Source: Bacillus licheniformis DSM 13 = ATCC 14580 (GTDB lineage Bacteria; Bacillota; Bacilli; Bacillales; Bacillaceae). From it: a stretch of DNA of 40,000 nucleotides. Positions 1 to 10,435 of the stretch are shown in pieces. The stretch spans positions 1,319,902 to 1,359,901 of the forward strand of contig NC_006270.3 in the NCBI RefSeq assembly GCF_000011645.1, read 5' to 3'. Each line of letters starts with the position of its first letter. Positions within the stretch are counted from its first letter, which is position 1. The notes under the pieces are model-generated. The model was not told the DNA's origin, ran no database searches, and was given only the letters and a program-made list of their open reading frames with translations. Made by a program: the position numbers and the translations under genes.

Positions 1-750
1 AATGCCATTTGGCTTTTTTTATGGTGCATCAGTTCAACAACAAAGGAAATCGAACGCGATGGGGAGACATGGGGCATCGTGCTCGGCAACAAGCCGCTGA
101 AAGCAGCCGAACTGGCTCTTCAATTCGGCGTCAACGAAAAAACGATCAGAAGATGGCTCGCTCTTCTCGAACGAAACGGCTACATTGCAGTCACAAGAGC
201 GCCTTACGGAATGATTTTGTCAGTCAGACATTCAAAAAAATTTGCCTACGCCAGCCATGTCCGAACAGAACTGCCTGATCGGACAGAAGAGACTGGCAGT
301 GCGGACAAGCTTGTCCAATCCAATAAAGATATCACACAAATCAACACAAAACATAATATGAGTTCCATAAAAACAATAGCAGAACGATTTGCCGCCCTCA
401 GGTCGATGCAGGAAGGAAAGCCCGTCCATCCCTCGTCAAAAGACTATCAGGCCATCGCCCGGATTGTCGCCCGCGGAGTGTCTCTTCCGCAAACAATCAA
501 ATGGCTTGAACAATGTTTTGAGGAGTATGAGGCGCGGCGCCGAAGCCGTCATGAAACGATCAAGGTCTTCAGCTACTGTGAAAAATATATCATCGGCCGG
601 CTGGCTGAAGCGGAAGCGAAAACGAAAACAACTGTCAGGAGGGAGAACAATGCCCAAAAGAACAATCGAAGAGGTCATGGACGAACTGAGAAACAGGAGC
701 CGTCAATCACAGGGGGGCAAACCGGAAGAATCCGCCGCAAAACGGTATGA
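1..750 (+). CDS. xkdB: Phage replication/primosome-like protein with N-terminal winged-helix region, XkdB-like; 5' end truncated by the window edge
   Basis: Reading frame 1 is open from base 1 (NAIWLFLWCISSTTKEIERDGETWGIVLGNKPLKAAELALQFGVNEKTIRRWLALLERNGYI...), so the track start at 79 (GTG) is probably internal. It precedes an XkdC-like ATPase, as in PBSX. Confidence 0.65.
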   Translation, partial: NAIWLFLWCISSTTKEIERDGETWGIVLGNKPLKAAELALQFGVNEKTIRRWLALLERNGYIAVTRAPYGMILSVRHSKKFAYASHVRTELPDRTEETGSADKLVQSNKDITQINTKHNMSSIKTIAERFAALRSMQEGKPVHPSSKDYQAIARIVARGVSLPQTIKWLEQCFEEYEARRRSRHETIKVFSYCEKYIIGRLAEAEAKTKTTVRRENNAQKNNRRGHGRTEKQEPSITGGQTGRIRRKTV

Positions 751-1450
751 CTGTCCGAAGTGCAAAGATGAACTCGGATTTATCGAACGGCGCGGAACGA
801 TGGAAGTATGGGTATCATGCGTCTGCCGCGAATGGCGCAAAGCGCAAAAGCTGTTGAAGACGAGCGAAATCACCGAACAATTTAAAAACTTAAACTTTGC
901 TCAATTCAAGACGGAAGGAAAGCATCAATCTGTAAAAGAGGCGTATGAATGCGCCGTTGAATATGTACAAGCTTACCGGGACATTCAGGAAAGCCGCAGA
1001 AACAGCATCGCGCTCTTGGGACGACCCGGTTCAGGGAAGACTCATTTGCTGACGGCTGCCGCCAATGAGCTGATGAGGAAGCTTTTTGTACCCGTCCTGT
1101 ATTTTCCGTTTGTCGAAGGATTCAATGATTTAAAACAGGACTTTTCGTTGCTTGAGAATAAGCTGAACCGGATGAAGCAAGTCGAGGTGCTGTTTCTTGA
1201 TGACCTGTTTAAGCCGGTGGCAGGCAGGCCGCGGGCAACGGAATGGCAGATCGAACAGACATATGCCGTCGTCAATTACAGGTATTTGAACCATAAGCCG
1301 ATCATGCTGTCCAGCGAGCTAAGCGTTGAAGAAATTGTCAGCATAGACGAAGCGCTCGGAACGAGGCTGGTCGAAATGTGCGGGGACTTTCTCGTCGTCC
1401 TGAACGGGAGCTCTTTCGGCATCAATCATAGACTGGAGGGGATGGTTTGA
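650..1450 (+). CDS. xkdC: DnaC-like helicase loader / AAA+ ATPase, XkdC-like
   Basis: ATG at 650 preceded by GGAGGGAGAACA. CPKCxxxLGFIERR...CVC zinc-type motif, Walker A GRPGSGKTHLL and Walker B VEVLFLDDLF. The track ORF beginning at 389 is an upstream in-frame extension. Confidence 0.82.
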   Translation: MPKRTIEEVMDELRNRSRQSQGGKPEESAAKRYDCPKCKDELGFIERRGTMEVWVSCVCREWRKAQKLLKTSEITEQFKNLNFAQFKTEGKHQSVKEAYECAVEYVQAYRDIQESRRNSIALLGRPGSGKTHLLTAAANELMRKLFVPVLYFPFVEGFNDLKQDFSLLENKLNRMKQVEVLFLDDLFKPVAGRPRATEWQIEQTYAVVNYRYLNHKPIMLSSELSVEEIVSIDEALGTRLVEMCGDFLVVLNGSSFGINHRLEGMV

Positions 1451-1620
1451 TGTGCCGGCTATGTAATGGGAGAAAATCAATCCATCAGGACGCAAGGGTC
1501 GGAACGATTTTCCGCGCTTGCCCGAACTGCTGCACTGAAAGCGGCGGTTTGACGGATGTGATCAAACATCTGGAAGCGCTGATTGCAAAAATGAAAACAA
1601 GGGTGACACAAGGTGCTTAA
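1450..1620 (+). CDS. Small putative zinc-ribbon protein (56 aa) with CxxC and CxxCC motifs
   Basis: ATG overlaps the xkdC stop by 1 nt (TGATG). Manual translation: MCRLCNGRKSIHQDARVGTIFRACPNCCTESGGLTDVIKHLEALIAKMKTRVTQGA*. Below the size cutoff of the supplied track. Confidence 0.55.
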   Translation: MCRLCNGRKSIHQDARVGTIFRACPNCCTESGGLTDVIKHLEALIAKMKTRVTQGA

Positions 1621-1720
1621 AAGTTTAAAAGCTATGATTCTCATCATCTGGACAGCGGCAAAAAGAGACGCACAAATTAAACGATGGCACGAAGAAGACG
1701 GAAAGTGAGGAAAGACATAC

Positions 1721-2062
1721 GTGAAAAACGAAAGTGAGGCGTACAGCCCATCACCATGGCGCGTCGTCAGAACAAATACCGACGTATACATTTATTCAGC
1801 ATACAGCAAAGCCGAAAAGAAACGGTTTTCTTATTCCAACGGAAGGGTGATTGCCAAAGTCGCCGACTACAGCGCATATTCCAAGGAAAAAAATGCCCGC
1901 TTAATCGCTGCAGCTCCCGAACTGTTGACCGCAGTGAAGCTCACGCTTGCCTATTTGAAGCGAAAACGGCCCGTTCACAGCGATTCAGTTGAGAATCAAT
2001 TGAAGAATATTTTAGAAAAAGTCGTCGCAAAAGCAGAATTTGAAGAGGAGGAAACAAGATGA
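1721..2062 (+). CDS. Hypothetical phage protein (113 aa), positional counterpart of the small genes before xtrA
   Basis: Complete ORF whose 3' end overlaps the next ATG at 2059; SPSPWRVVRT...NARLIAAAPELL resembles small phage proteins of this kind. Confidence 0.6.
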   Translation: MKNESEAYSPSPWRVVRTNTDVYIYSAYSKAEKKRFSYSNGRVIAKVADYSAYSKEKNARLIAAAPELLTAVKLTLAYLKRKRPVHSDSVENQLKNILEKVVAKAEFEEEETR

Positions 2063-2262
2063 ACCATCCGGCAAAGTTAACAGATATCAACGATACGACG
2101 GTTGCAAGCCGCATCAAAAAAGGAAAGGTGACGGTGATCGTCCTTGACGGAATGAACGGCACGGCATGGCAGGCCGAGGCGCCTGAGCACGGCAAAACCG
2201 TCATTGAAACGAGAAAGGGAGATCTCGCAAGGATCGAATTTGAAATCGGCTATAAGCTATAG
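2059..2262 (+). CDS. xtrA: Small phage protein, XtrA-like
   Basis: GAGGAGGAAACAAG precedes the ATG; 67 aa; lies between early genes and xpf as in PBSX. Confidence 0.55.
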   Translation: MNHPAKLTDINDTTVASRIKKGKVTVIVLDGMNGTAWQAEAPEHGKTVIETRKGDLARIEFEIGYKL

Positions 2263-2382
2263 CTCTACAACTTGAATATTTGTCCAAGACGGAAAGCCTG
2301 CGGACGCTGATCAGGATGCACATCTTAACTGTGCGGCTGATTGGTGTCCTTTTTTATTTCAAAAAAACGGAGGTACATTAAA

Positions 2383-2886
2383 ATGGAAGATTTGCTTTTC
2401 GAATATAAAAGAGCGCTGAAAAACACGAAAAAATTGTATAAGCCCTATCAAGATGAACAAGGGCTGACGGCTGAACAGCTGAATGATAAAAAACTGATCA
2501 GAAACATGATGACCGATTTGGAATATGTGATCGACTGGCTTGAAAACGGAAGAGAACCTGGAATCAGACGGGCGATTGACAGGCGCGACTCTTATAAGCG
2601 GATGCTCCTGAAAGATCCGCGGATCATCGACACGTTTTCAGAACAGAGTGCATTTGAACCGGCTCAGGAAGTGTCAGCATACGATAAAGCCCGGATTGAA
2701 TCAGCGCTGTCTGCCCTTACGGCACGCGAAAAAGAAATCTTCATTTTACATAAGGTCGAACAGTTTTCCTATGAGCGGATTGCCGCCATGCTCGGCATCA
2801 AAAAGTCTACTGTTCAAACCAATGTGAAACGGGCGCAGCTGAAAATCGCGAAACAGATCGAAAAGCCTCTCGATTGTATGGCATAA
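2383..2886 (+). CDS. xpf: Sigma-factor-like positive control factor, Xpf-like
   Basis: ATG at 2383 after ACGGAGGTACATTAAA. C-terminal sigma region 4-type HTH: LTAREKEIFILHKVEQFSYERIAAMLGIKKSTVQTNVKRAQLKIAKQIE. Immediately upstream of the terminase genes. Confidence 0.8.
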   Translation: MEDLLFEYKRALKNTKKLYKPYQDEQGLTAEQLNDKKLIRNMMTDLEYVIDWLENGREPGIRRAIDRRDSYKRMLLKDPRIIDTFSEQSAFEPAQEVSAYDKARIESALSALTAREKEIFILHKVEQFSYERIAAMLGIKKSTVQTNVKRAQLKIAKQIEKPLDCMA

Positions 2887-3028
2887 CGATATATCTGTCT
2901 TTTGTCATACGTTTGCCACCTATAAGTGAAAAGAGAAAAAATATAACAAAGCATACTGTTCATATGGAAGATTCATATAGCGATTAAATATTACTGTTTC
3001 CGAGAATGAGAGGCGGTGAAAATGAACA

Positions 3029-3829
3029 ATGCCAAGGAAAAGGGATCCAAAAAGGGATGAAGCTTTTCGTCTCTATCAAAAATACGGGGGAAACATTACG
3101 AATCTCGCAATCGCAAGAGAACTCGGCGTTTCAAATAAAAAAATCAGCGTTTGGAAAACCCGCGACCGCTGGCAAGAGGCTTTAGCCGGAGATGACGCGA
3201 ACCGTGGAAAAGCAGACATTCACAATGAAGGGCTGAATGAACGGCAGCGGCTGTTTTGCATCTATTATGTGAAAAGCTTCAATGCCACCCAAGCGGCGGT
3301 AAAAGCGGGCTATTCCCCGGCCAGCGCCCATGTGACAGGCTGCCGGCTTTTGAAAAATGAAAAGGTGGCCGATGAAATCAGGCGAATCAAAAAAGAAATG
3401 GTAGGGGAGATATTCGTCGAGGCGATGGATGTTCTCCAAGTCTATGTAAAAATCGCGTTTGCCGATATGACCGATTATGTGACTTTCGGCAAAAAAGAGG
3501 TACAGGCTGTCGGAAAGTCCGGACCGCTGTTTGATGAAGAAAACAATCCGGTTATGAAAGAGGTCAGCTTTGTGGATGTGAAACATTCCGACCTCGTCGA
3601 TGGCACAGTCATCACGGAAGCGAAACTCGGGAAAGAAGGGATCGCGATCAAGCTGGCCGATAAAATGAAGGCGCTCGATAAGCTCTCACAGTATTTTGAC
3701 CTTTTCCCTGATTCATTTAAGCGGAAAATTGAAAATGAGAAGCTGAAGCTCGCCAGACAAAAAGCCGACAAAGATGCGGAAACGGGTCCCGTTGAAGTGG
3801 TCATCGCCCGAAAAGGTGATCAGGCTTGA
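3029..3829 (+). CDS. xtmA: Terminase small subunit, XtmA-like
   Basis: N-terminal HTH plus Terminase_2 type sequence [44 protein letters not shown]; overlaps the large subunit gene. Confidence 0.88.
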   Translation: MPRKRDPKRDEAFRLYQKYGGNITNLAIARELGVSNKKISVWKTRDRWQEALAGDDANRGKADIHNEGLNERQRLFCIYYVKSFNATQAAVKAGYSPASAHVTGCRLLKNEKVADEIRRIKKEMVGEIFVEAMDVLQVYVKIAFADMTDYVTFGKKEVQAVGKSGPLFDEENNPVMKEVSFVDVKHSDLVDGTVITEAKLGKEGIAIKLADKMKALDKLSQYFDLFPDSFKRKIENEKLKLARQKADKDAETGPVEVVIARKGDQA

Positions 3830-5124
3830 TCATAAAAGAAGTCAATCCGCATTTTGAAGATTATTTGTTTAACTGGGATCAGACCTTTCAATTTCTTGTC
3901 GGCGGATACGGTTCGTCGAAAAGCTATCATACCGCTTTAAAAGTCGTATTAAAACTGCTTCAGGAAAAGCGGACCGCTCTTGTCGTAAGGGAAGTGTTTG
4001 AAACACACAGGGATTCGACGTTTTCTTTATTCGCATCCATTATCGATGAGCTGGGTGTCCAAAAGGCGGCTCAGGCGGTTTCTTCTCCGATGCATATCAG
4101 GTTTGCAAACGGCAGCCGAATTATTTTTAAAGGAATGGACAACCCGGCGAAATTGAAATCCGTCAACAACATCTCGCTGATTTGGATTGAAGAATGTTCA
4201 GAGGTGAAGTATGAAGGCTTCAAGGAACTGATCGGCCGGCTGAGGCATCCTTATCACAGGCTGTATATGATGTTGACGACAAACCCCGTCAGCCAGTCAA
4301 ACTGGACGTACAGACACTTTTTCAAGGATGAGCGGAACAAGCGGTTCATTTTGGATGATGAGGTCTTGTATAAAAAGCGGGTCGCTGTCGTCGGTGATAC
4401 GTATTACCACCATTCCACAGCTGATGACAACCTGTTTTTGCCGAAAAGCTACCTCAAACAGCTTGATGATATGAAAGCATATGATCCCGACCTGTACCGG
4501 ATTGCCAGAAAAGGGCGGTTTGGGGTAAACGGCACCAGGGTTCTGCCGCAATTTGAAGTGATGGAGCATGAGGAGGTCATGAGGCAGATCTCCGCCATTT
4601 CCAACCCGCTGAAGAGAACCGGAATGGATTTCGGATTTGAGGAATCATACAATGCCGTCGTCCGGGCGGCCGTCGATCCCGACAAAAAATATCTATATAT
4701 CTATTGGGAGTACTACAAAAATAAAATGACAGATGATAAGACGGCCGAAGAACTTCACGAATTCGCGGTTGCGAAGGAGCTGATTAAAGCTGATCCCGCT
4801 GAGCCGAAAAGCATTCAGTTTTTCAGGCAGAATGGTTTTAACATGACAGCAGCACGCAAGTTCCAAGGCTCGCGCCTGCAATATACGAAAAAAATCAAGC
4901 GGTTTAAAAAAATATTCTGTTCTGACCGATGTGCCAATACGATCTACGAATTGCAGCCGCTGACCTATGCGACGGATCAAGACGGCAATCTGAAGGAGGA
5001 TCAGTTTACAATTGATCCGCACACGCTTTCCGCGCTATGGTACGCGCTTGATGATTATGAAGTAACCGATTTGAAGGCTGAGCCGGAAGTGAGAAAACGG
5101 CCGAACAGGAAAAGGGGGAGATAG
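3826..5124 (+). CDS. xtmB: Terminase large subunit, XtmB-like
   Basis: PBSX/SPP1-family terminase: [20 protein letters not shown] (Walker A), [14 protein letters not shown] (Walker B), nuclease region [12 protein letters not shown]. Confidence 0.92.
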   Translation: MIIKEVNPHFEDYLFNWDQTFQFLVGGYGSSKSYHTALKVVLKLLQEKRTALVVREVFETHRDSTFSLFASIIDELGVQKAAQAVSSPMHIRFANGSRIIFKGMDNPAKLKSVNNISLIWIEECSEVKYEGFKELIGRLRHPYHRLYMMLTTNPVSQSNWTYRHFFKDERNKRFILDDEVLYKKRVAVVGDTYYHHSTADDNLFLPKSYLKQLDDMKAYDPDLYRIARKGRFGVNGTRVLPQFEVMEHEEVMRQISAISNPLKRTGMDFGFEESYNAVVRAAVDPDKKYLYIYWEYYKNKMTDDKTAEELHEFAVAKELIKADPAEPKSIQFFRQNGFNMTAARKFQGSRLQYTKKIKRFKKIFCSDRCANTIYELQPLTYATDQDGNLKEDQFTIDPHTLSALWYALDDYEVTDLKAEPEVRKRPNRKRGR

Positions 5125-5127
5125 CGT

Positions 5128-6642
5128 ATGTCCACTCAGCAAACGGTAAGAGCGAAAGTCATGAAATCCCGTTTTCACGGGCCTGTAACAAAACAAATAT
5201 ATGAAGATCAATTTTCGGAGATCTACGGCGATGATATTATCGCTCCGCCGTACAATTTGAAAGAATTGAAAGCCATTGCCGAATATTCTTCAATTCTTCA
5301 GCAATGCATTGACGCCTATAAAACGAATATTGCGGGGTTCGGGCTCGATGTAGAATACGCTTTTGATTTCAACGGGGCGGATGTGACGCCCGATCGGAAA
5401 AAAGCTGCTGAGTCCGATTGGACAAGGCTTGAAGATTTTTGCCGCCACCTTCATTTTGACGAATCGGCTGAAACAATTTTAAGCCATATGATAGAGGACC
5501 GCGAAAAAACCGGGAACGGGTTTTTGGAGGTGCTCAGAAACGGTGCGGGGCAGCCGGCCGGAATTGAATATCTCGATGTCAAAAATATGCGGGTATGCGG
5601 ATTGACAGAACCGATCGAAGTTGAATTCGCCTACATGGAAAACGGATCGCTAAAAAACATCAAGAGGGAGAAAAGGTTCCGCAAATACGTTCAGATGATT
5701 GACGGCAGGAAAGTGTACTTTAAAGAGTACGGCGATCCGCGCGTCATGGATATGACCACCGGAGAGTTTGACAGGCAGACTCCCCCTGAACGAAGCGCGA
5801 ATGAAGCGATCCATTTTAAAATCGGCAGCGGCGTCTACGGCGTTCCGCGCTGGATCGGAAATATTGTCAACCTGTACGGGGCGCGGAAAGCGGAAGAGCT
5901 GAATTATATGTACTTCAGACAAGGCCGGCACGTACCTGCCGTCATTACGGTTGAAAACGGCATGCTCTCAGAGGCTTCCTACAGAGAGCTGCAGGAATAT
6001 ATGAACGACTTGGAAGGGGTTGAAAATGCCCACAAATTTTTGCTGATCGAAGCGGAGGGAATCGCACAGGAAAAAGACATTCACGGCAGCCAGGACATTA
6101 CGCCGGTGAAGGTGGACATCAAATCCCTCGCCGAAATTTTGCAGGAAGATGCGCTGTTTCTTGAATATGACGAGAAAACCCGGAATAAAATCCGCTCTTC
6201 CTTCAGGCTCCCGCCGCTCTACACCGGTGATGCCCATGAATATAACAGGGCGACAGCCGATACCGCCCGCAAAATCACCGAAGAACAGGTTTTTGAACCG
6301 GAGCGGAAAATATTGATCGGCAAGCTGAATACGCTGTTTCTCCGCGATTTAAACATTTTCCACGCGAGGCTCCAGCTGAAAGGACCGGACTTTCGCGATC
6401 CGCTTGAGATCGCAAAAGTGCTCGGTCCTTTTATTCAGGCAGGAGCAGTATCTGCAAATGATTTGCGCGACCTGGCCGGCAGAGTGCTCGGCAAGACGCT
6501 AGATGAATGGCCGGAGGAAGAATTCAGCAGGCCGCTCGTTTACCAGGAAAGCTCAAAGCGTGCGGAAGCGGAAGCAGGAGCATTGCTGCCTGAACTGCAG
6601 GAAGCCGTCGAGACATTGAAACAGATCACTGAAAGGAGGTGA
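5128..6642 (+). CDS. xkdE: Portal protein, XkdE-like
   Basis: 504 aa portal-type protein directly after terminase: HFKIGSGVYGVPRWIGNIVNLYGARKAEELNYMYFRQGRHVP. Confidence 0.88.
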   Translation: MSTQQTVRAKVMKSRFHGPVTKQIYEDQFSEIYGDDIIAPPYNLKELKAIAEYSSILQQCIDAYKTNIAGFGLDVEYAFDFNGADVTPDRKKAAESDWTRLEDFCRHLHFDESAETILSHMIEDREKTGNGFLEVLRNGAGQPAGIEYLDVKNMRVCGLTEPIEVEFAYMENGSLKNIKREKRFRKYVQMIDGRKVYFKEYGDPRVMDMTTGEFDRQTPPERSANEAIHFKIGSGVYGVPRWIGNIVNLYGARKAEELNYMYFRQGRHVPAVITVENGMLSEASYRELQEYMNDLEGVENAHKFLLIEAEGIAQEKDIHGSQDITPVKVDIKSLAEILQEDALFLEYDEKTRNKIRSSFRLPPLYTGDAHEYNRATADTARKITEEQVFEPERKILIGKLNTLFLRDLNIFHARLQLKGPDFRDPLEIAKVLGPFIQAGAVSANDLRDLAGRVLGKTLDEWPEEEFSRPLVYQESSKRAEAEAGALLPELQEAVETLKQITERR

Positions 6643-6649
6643 ACATTTC

Positions 6650-7498
6650 GTGCCGAGAGAGCTTAAAAATGCCAAAATCAATTTCGTCAGTTATGTCGAC
6701 AAAGCGGCGAACAAAAAGAAATTCTTCATGACGAAGTCGAGTGAACCGCCGACATTTCAAAAGGAAGTCAAGCTGATTGCAAAAGCCGAGGATGAAAAGA
6801 AGCTCGTCTACGGCGTTGTCTACGAGCCGGACATTCAGGATGCCCACGGCGACTTTATGACGGCTGAAGAAATCCAAAAAGCCGCCCACGGTTTTCTGAA
6901 AAATGCCCGGAAGATCGACAAGGATCACAATTTCCAGGGAGGCGTCGGAGAAGTCGTGGAGTCCTACGTAGCGCCGGCTGATTTTGAAGTAAACGGCGAA
7001 ACGATTGTGAAAGGCTCTTGGGTGCTGGTGACAAAAGCCGGCGATGAGATCTGGGAACAGATTAAAAAAGGAAGCATCACCGGCTACAGCATGGCGGGCA
7101 CTGCCGAAACGGTCGAGCACGCGCCCCAAGCCGACTCTGAAACCGATGAGCCCGGCAGTTTCTTTCAGCTGTTTAAGCAGTTTTTTGCCGGCGACAAACA
7201 AAAAACGGGAGAGGAAGAAAAAAAGATGAAACGATCAGAAGTTCAAGGAACGATTGAAGCCGTCTTGGCTCCGCTTCTCAAACGTCTTGACGATTTGGAA
7301 GGGGATAAAGCGGCAGATGAAAAAGAGCAACAGACAGACCAAGACGCACATGTGAAGGAAATCGTCGAGGACATGCTCGCCCCTCTTATTGCACGCATTG
7401 AAGCACTCGAAAAGATGAGAGGCGCCTCAAAGCAGGCAGCAGCCGAAAAAGACGGGGAAGAAGAAGTTAAAAAATCGATTTGGAGCGGATTGCTTTAA
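6650..7498 (+). CDS. xkdF: XkdF-like putative prohead protease
   Basis: Position between portal and capsid; [29 protein letters not shown]...DKDHNF and [29 protein letters not shown]. Confidence 0.85.
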   Translation: MPRELKNAKINFVSYVDKAANKKKFFMTKSSEPPTFQKEVKLIAKAEDEKKLVYGVVYEPDIQDAHGDFMTAEEIQKAAHGFLKNARKIDKDHNFQGGVGEVVESYVAPADFEVNGETIVKGSWVLVTKAGDEIWEQIKKGSITGYSMAGTAETVEHAPQADSETDEPGSFFQLFKQFFAGDKQKTGEEEKKMKRSEVQGTIEAVLAPLLKRLDDLEGDKAADEKEQQTDQDAHVKEIVEDMLAPLIARIEALEKMRGASKQAAAEKDGEEEVKKSIWSGLL

Positions 7499-7515
7499 TT
7501 TGGAGGAGGAAGACA

Positions 7516-8451
7516 ATGAGAAATCAAGAGATTATTCGTAAAGCCGAGATGTCGCTTGCGACTTTGAAAAGCGGAGGATTAATGAATCCGGCGCAGGCTT
7601 CTGCATTTATTCGCATGGTGCAAAACACGCCGACAATTTTCAGCGAATCGCGCGTGATTCAAATGGAAAACGACTCGCAAAAATTTGAAAAGATCGGCTT
7701 TGGCCAGCGGATTTTACGAGCGGCTGATGAAGGTAAGGCATTGGCGAAAGATCAATTAACCGCACCGGTGACCAGCACGGTCGAACTGAACGCGAAAGAA
7801 GTCATTGCCGAAGTCAACATCACTTATGACACGCTCGAAAATAACATTGAAAAAGACGGCCTTCAACAGACGCTGATGCAAATGCTGGCGGAGCGGGCTG
7901 CCGTTGATATTGAAGAACTGATCGTCAATGGTGATGTCGCATCCTCAGATCCATACCTTGCCCAGCTCGACGGGATCCGGAAGCAGTCCGTCTCCCATAT
8001 CGTCGATGCGGGCGGGGAGCAAATCAGCCGGCAGCTTTTCAAACAGGGGCTGAAAGCTGTTCCGGCAAAATATATGCGCGTTCCTCAGGAATTCAGATTC
8101 TTCACATCGCTCGGCCAGGAGATTGAATGGAAAGACCGCGTCGCAGAACGTCAAACGACTCTCGGGGATGCGGCGGTACAGGGCGGACTTTCTACCGCTT
8201 TTGGCGTGCCTGTTAAAGGGGTCTCAAATATTCAGCCGTATGCATACGGAGAAGGAGATGCGGCCGCCGAAGCATCAGACATTATTTTGACGCACCCGAA
8301 AAATATCATTCTCGGTTTCTCGCGCAATATCAGAATTGAAGTCGATAAAGACATTCGCGCGCGCAAATTCATCATTGTCCTGACGGCAAAACTGGACAGC
8401 AAATTCGAGGAAGAAGACGCGGTTGCAAAAATCATCAATGTAAAAGAGTAA
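7516..8451 (+). CDS. xkdG: Major capsid protein, XkdG-like
   Basis: GGAGGAGG precedes the ATG at 7516; 311 aa capsid-type protein after the protease; track start at 7480 lies inside xkdF. Confidence 0.87.
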   Translation: MRNQEIIRKAEMSLATLKSGGLMNPAQASAFIRMVQNTPTIFSESRVIQMENDSQKFEKIGFGQRILRAADEGKALAKDQLTAPVTSTVELNAKEVIAEVNITYDTLENNIEKDGLQQTLMQMLAERAAVDIEELIVNGDVASSDPYLAQLDGIRKQSVSHIVDAGGEQISRQLFKQGLKAVPAKYMRVPQEFRFFTSLGQEIEWKDRVAERQTTLGDAAVQGGLSTAFGVPVKGVSNIQPYAYGEGDAAAEASDIILTHPKNIILGFSRNIRIEVDKDIRARKFIIVLTAKLDSKFEEEDAVAKIINVKE

Positions 8452-8535
8452 ATGCTGAGTTCGAACCGTTCCAAAGGAAGAACAGCCGACCGGCGGAAAC
8501 CGAGCCCGGACAACAGCTAAAAGCTCTGGAAGGAT

Positions 8536-8919
8536 GTGATGAACATGCTGATCACGCCCGACGATATCATCCAATATTCCGTTATTGAAGCCGTGAAAAA
8601 CCGGCCGCAGGAATTGCTGCGTCAGGATATCCTTGAAGCTGAAGCGGAAGCCGAGCAGATAACGGGGCACCGTTTTACAGATGAAAAATATGATCCGCTG
8701 CCGGAAAAGGCAAGGCTCGCTTTGCTGCAGCTGGCACAGTACTTTGCATTGAAAAACGGTGATGAATCGCTTTTGAAAGGCTACAAATCTGAGAAATTGG
8801 GAGACTACTCCTATACGCTTTCAAGAAGCGGAGGCCTAGTGAAGCCCGACGTCTATAAACTGCTCGAAGAATTTATTCTTGATTATGAATCTGTTCGATT
8901 CAAGGTGCGCCCGCTATGA
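8536..8919 (+). CDS. Head-tail connector-type protein, YqbG-like (DUF3199)
   Basis: MLITPDDIIQYSVIEAVKNR...DILEAEAEAEQITGHRF; connector position after the capsid gene. Confidence 0.75.
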   Translation: MMNMLITPDDIIQYSVIEAVKNRPQELLRQDILEAEAEAEQITGHRFTDEKYDPLPEKARLALLQLAQYFALKNGDESLLKGYKSEKLGDYSYTLSRSGGLVKPDVYKLLEEFILDYESVRFKVRPL

Positions 8920-9272
8920 GCTACAAAAGGTTATTAAGCGACCGCTGCGATATCTATCATTTAAAGGAAGACCAGGCTGAGGAAGCAAGGTACGGCATTC
9001 CTGCGCGAGACCTGCAGCCGATTCGCACATACGGGGAAACACCTGATCTTCAAAACGTTCCCTGCTATTTTACGGAAAAAAACCAGTCGATCGTCCAGCA
9101 AGATCCCGAACAGGTTATTTATCATTCATATTTGGCCCATTTTCCGGCGGAGGCAGATGTGCGCCTTCACGATAAGGCGGTCTGGAACGGTGTCGCCTAC
9201 ACGCTGCAGCAGCCGCGCAACATCAAAGGCCATCACCTCGAAGTGTTAGCGGTCAGGGATGAAAAACTATGA
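8916..9272 (+). CDS. xkdH: Head-tail joining protein, XkdH/YqbH-like
   Basis: MSYKRLLSDRCDIYHL...YGIPARDLQPIRTY...VPCYFTEKNQSIVQQDP; 4-nt overlap with the preceding gene. Confidence 0.78.
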   Translation: MSYKRLLSDRCDIYHLKEDQAEEARYGIPARDLQPIRTYGETPDLQNVPCYFTEKNQSIVQQDPEQVIYHSYLAHFPAEADVRLHDKAVWNGVAYTLQQPRNIKGHHLEVLAVRDEKL

Positions 9273-9757
9273 AAATCAAAGGATTGAAACAGCTGTCGCA
9301 GACGCTGGAAAAAGCAGGGCAGAGCGGCTTTCGAAATGAAGCTGCCAAGTGGCTTGAACAGGCGGGAACCGATTTTTTGGACCTGGTCTGTGACGAAATC
9401 GTGCGCGCCGGATCGATTGATACCGGCAGCCTTTTGCGCTCTTTCAAGCGGGGAGCCGAAGGGAACAGGTGGGAAATCGAAAAAGGCGGACTCACGCTTG
9501 AAGTCGGGACGGAGTTAGAGTACGCCTCATTTGTAAATGACGGCCATTGGACAGGCGGAAAAGACGAAGTCAGGTGGGTTCCGGGACAATGGCACGGCGG
9601 CCGGTTTCAATATGATCCCGGTTCATCGTCCGGCATGGCCTTAAAACGGCAATGGGTAAAGGGAACAGGCTATTGGGAGCATGCGCTTTACATATTTGAG
9701 CGTTTATTTGAAAAACGCCTGAATGAAAGGCTGCAAAAATGGCTGAATTCCCTTTAA
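9269..9757 (+). CDS. xkdI: HK97 gp10-like neck/tail component, XkdI-like
   Basis: GLKQLSQTLEKAGQSGFRNEAAKWLEQAG...GSIDTGSLLRSFKRG; overlaps xkdH. Confidence 0.8.
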   Translation: MKIKGLKQLSQTLEKAGQSGFRNEAAKWLEQAGTDFLDLVCDEIVRAGSIDTGSLLRSFKRGAEGNRWEIEKGGLTLEVGTELEYASFVNDGHWTGGKDEVRWVPGQWHGGRFQYDPGSSSGMALKRQWVKGTGYWEHALYIFERLFEKRLNERLQKWLNSL

Positions 9758-9769
9758 GGAGGTGAAGCT

Positions 9770-10210
9770 TTGAACGACGAAACGGGATCTGTCATGAATT
9801 TCTTTTATCAAGTCTTTCCTGTCGTCTGTTATGAAAAGGAAATACCCGACCACTTTCAAATACCGTCGCTGTATTTTCCTCCCCCTTCTGTTTTTGATGA
9901 GAATGATACGGTTTCAACATTTAAAAAAGTCTTCACCCTGAATGTGAAACTGTTTCACCACGATTCGCAGCAGGCCCATGATCATGCCGAGCGCATTGCA
10001 GACGCCGTAAGGGAAGCGAGGCACATCATACCGCTCATTGACCGATCGGGTAAAGGCACAGGGGACAGCTTGAGGATCAGCCGGATCGAGACGAGAATAG
10101 GGGATTCCGGCACCGCGTCCATTATTATTCAATGGAACAGCCGCTACTGGTACAAACGGGAAAGCGAACTTTCTCTGGAAACAATTGATTTTACAAACGG
10201 GGTGAAATAA
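9770..10210 (+). CDS. xkdJ: Tail terminator/completion-type protein, XkdJ-like
   Basis: Position upstream of the sheath gene; FHHDSQQAHDHAERIADAVREARHIIPLID...SIIIQWNSRYWY. Confidence 0.75.
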   Translation: MNDETGSVMNFFYQVFPVVCYEKEIPDHFQIPSLYFPPPSVFDENDTVSTFKKVFTLNVKLFHHDSQQAHDHAERIADAVREARHIIPLIDRSGKGTGDSLRISRIETRIGDSGTASIIIQWNSRYWYKRESELSLETIDFTNGVK

Positions 10211-10435
10211 TTGGCAGTCAGCAAAAAAACAAACACCGAAGCAAAAAAGGCGCCTCAAGAGGAACGTGAAGCGCTGTTCTACATCGAAGACCTGAGGGAG
10301 CACGCGAAAGAGCTTTTCGGCATTAAGCCGGAAGTTCTCGATGGTGCTCTTTTTCATGTGAAAGAAGAGCAGATTTCAAAACCTGAGGCAAGTCAGCTTA
10401 TTCAAACATTTTTAGCCAAGGAGGTCATGAATTAA
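10211..10435 (+). CDS. xkzA: Small protein between xkdJ and xkdK, XkzA-like
   Basis: 74 aa ORF starting at TTG directly after the xkdJ stop; same place as xkzA in PBSX. Confidence 0.55.
   Translation: MAVSKKTNTEAKKAPQEEREALFYIEDLREHAKELFGIKPEVLDGALFHVKEEQISKPEASQLIQTFLAKEVMN

Noticed and set aside
9-278. Track ORF MAFFMVHQFNNKGNR... (+)
   Set aside because: Overlaps the frame-1 XkdB-like coding sequence, which is open from base 1 and has the coherent protein sequence.
389-649. N-terminal extension of the XkdC-like ORF
   Set aside because: Out-of-frame read-through of the XkdB-like gene; a strong RBS and ATG lie at 641-652.
8452-8535. Small 22-aa ORF (MLSSNRSKGRTADRRKPSPDNS) and an alternate-frame continuation after the capsid gene
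   Set aside because: Too short; no motif; no convincing slippery sequence at the capsid stop, so no frameshift or separate gene can be claimed.
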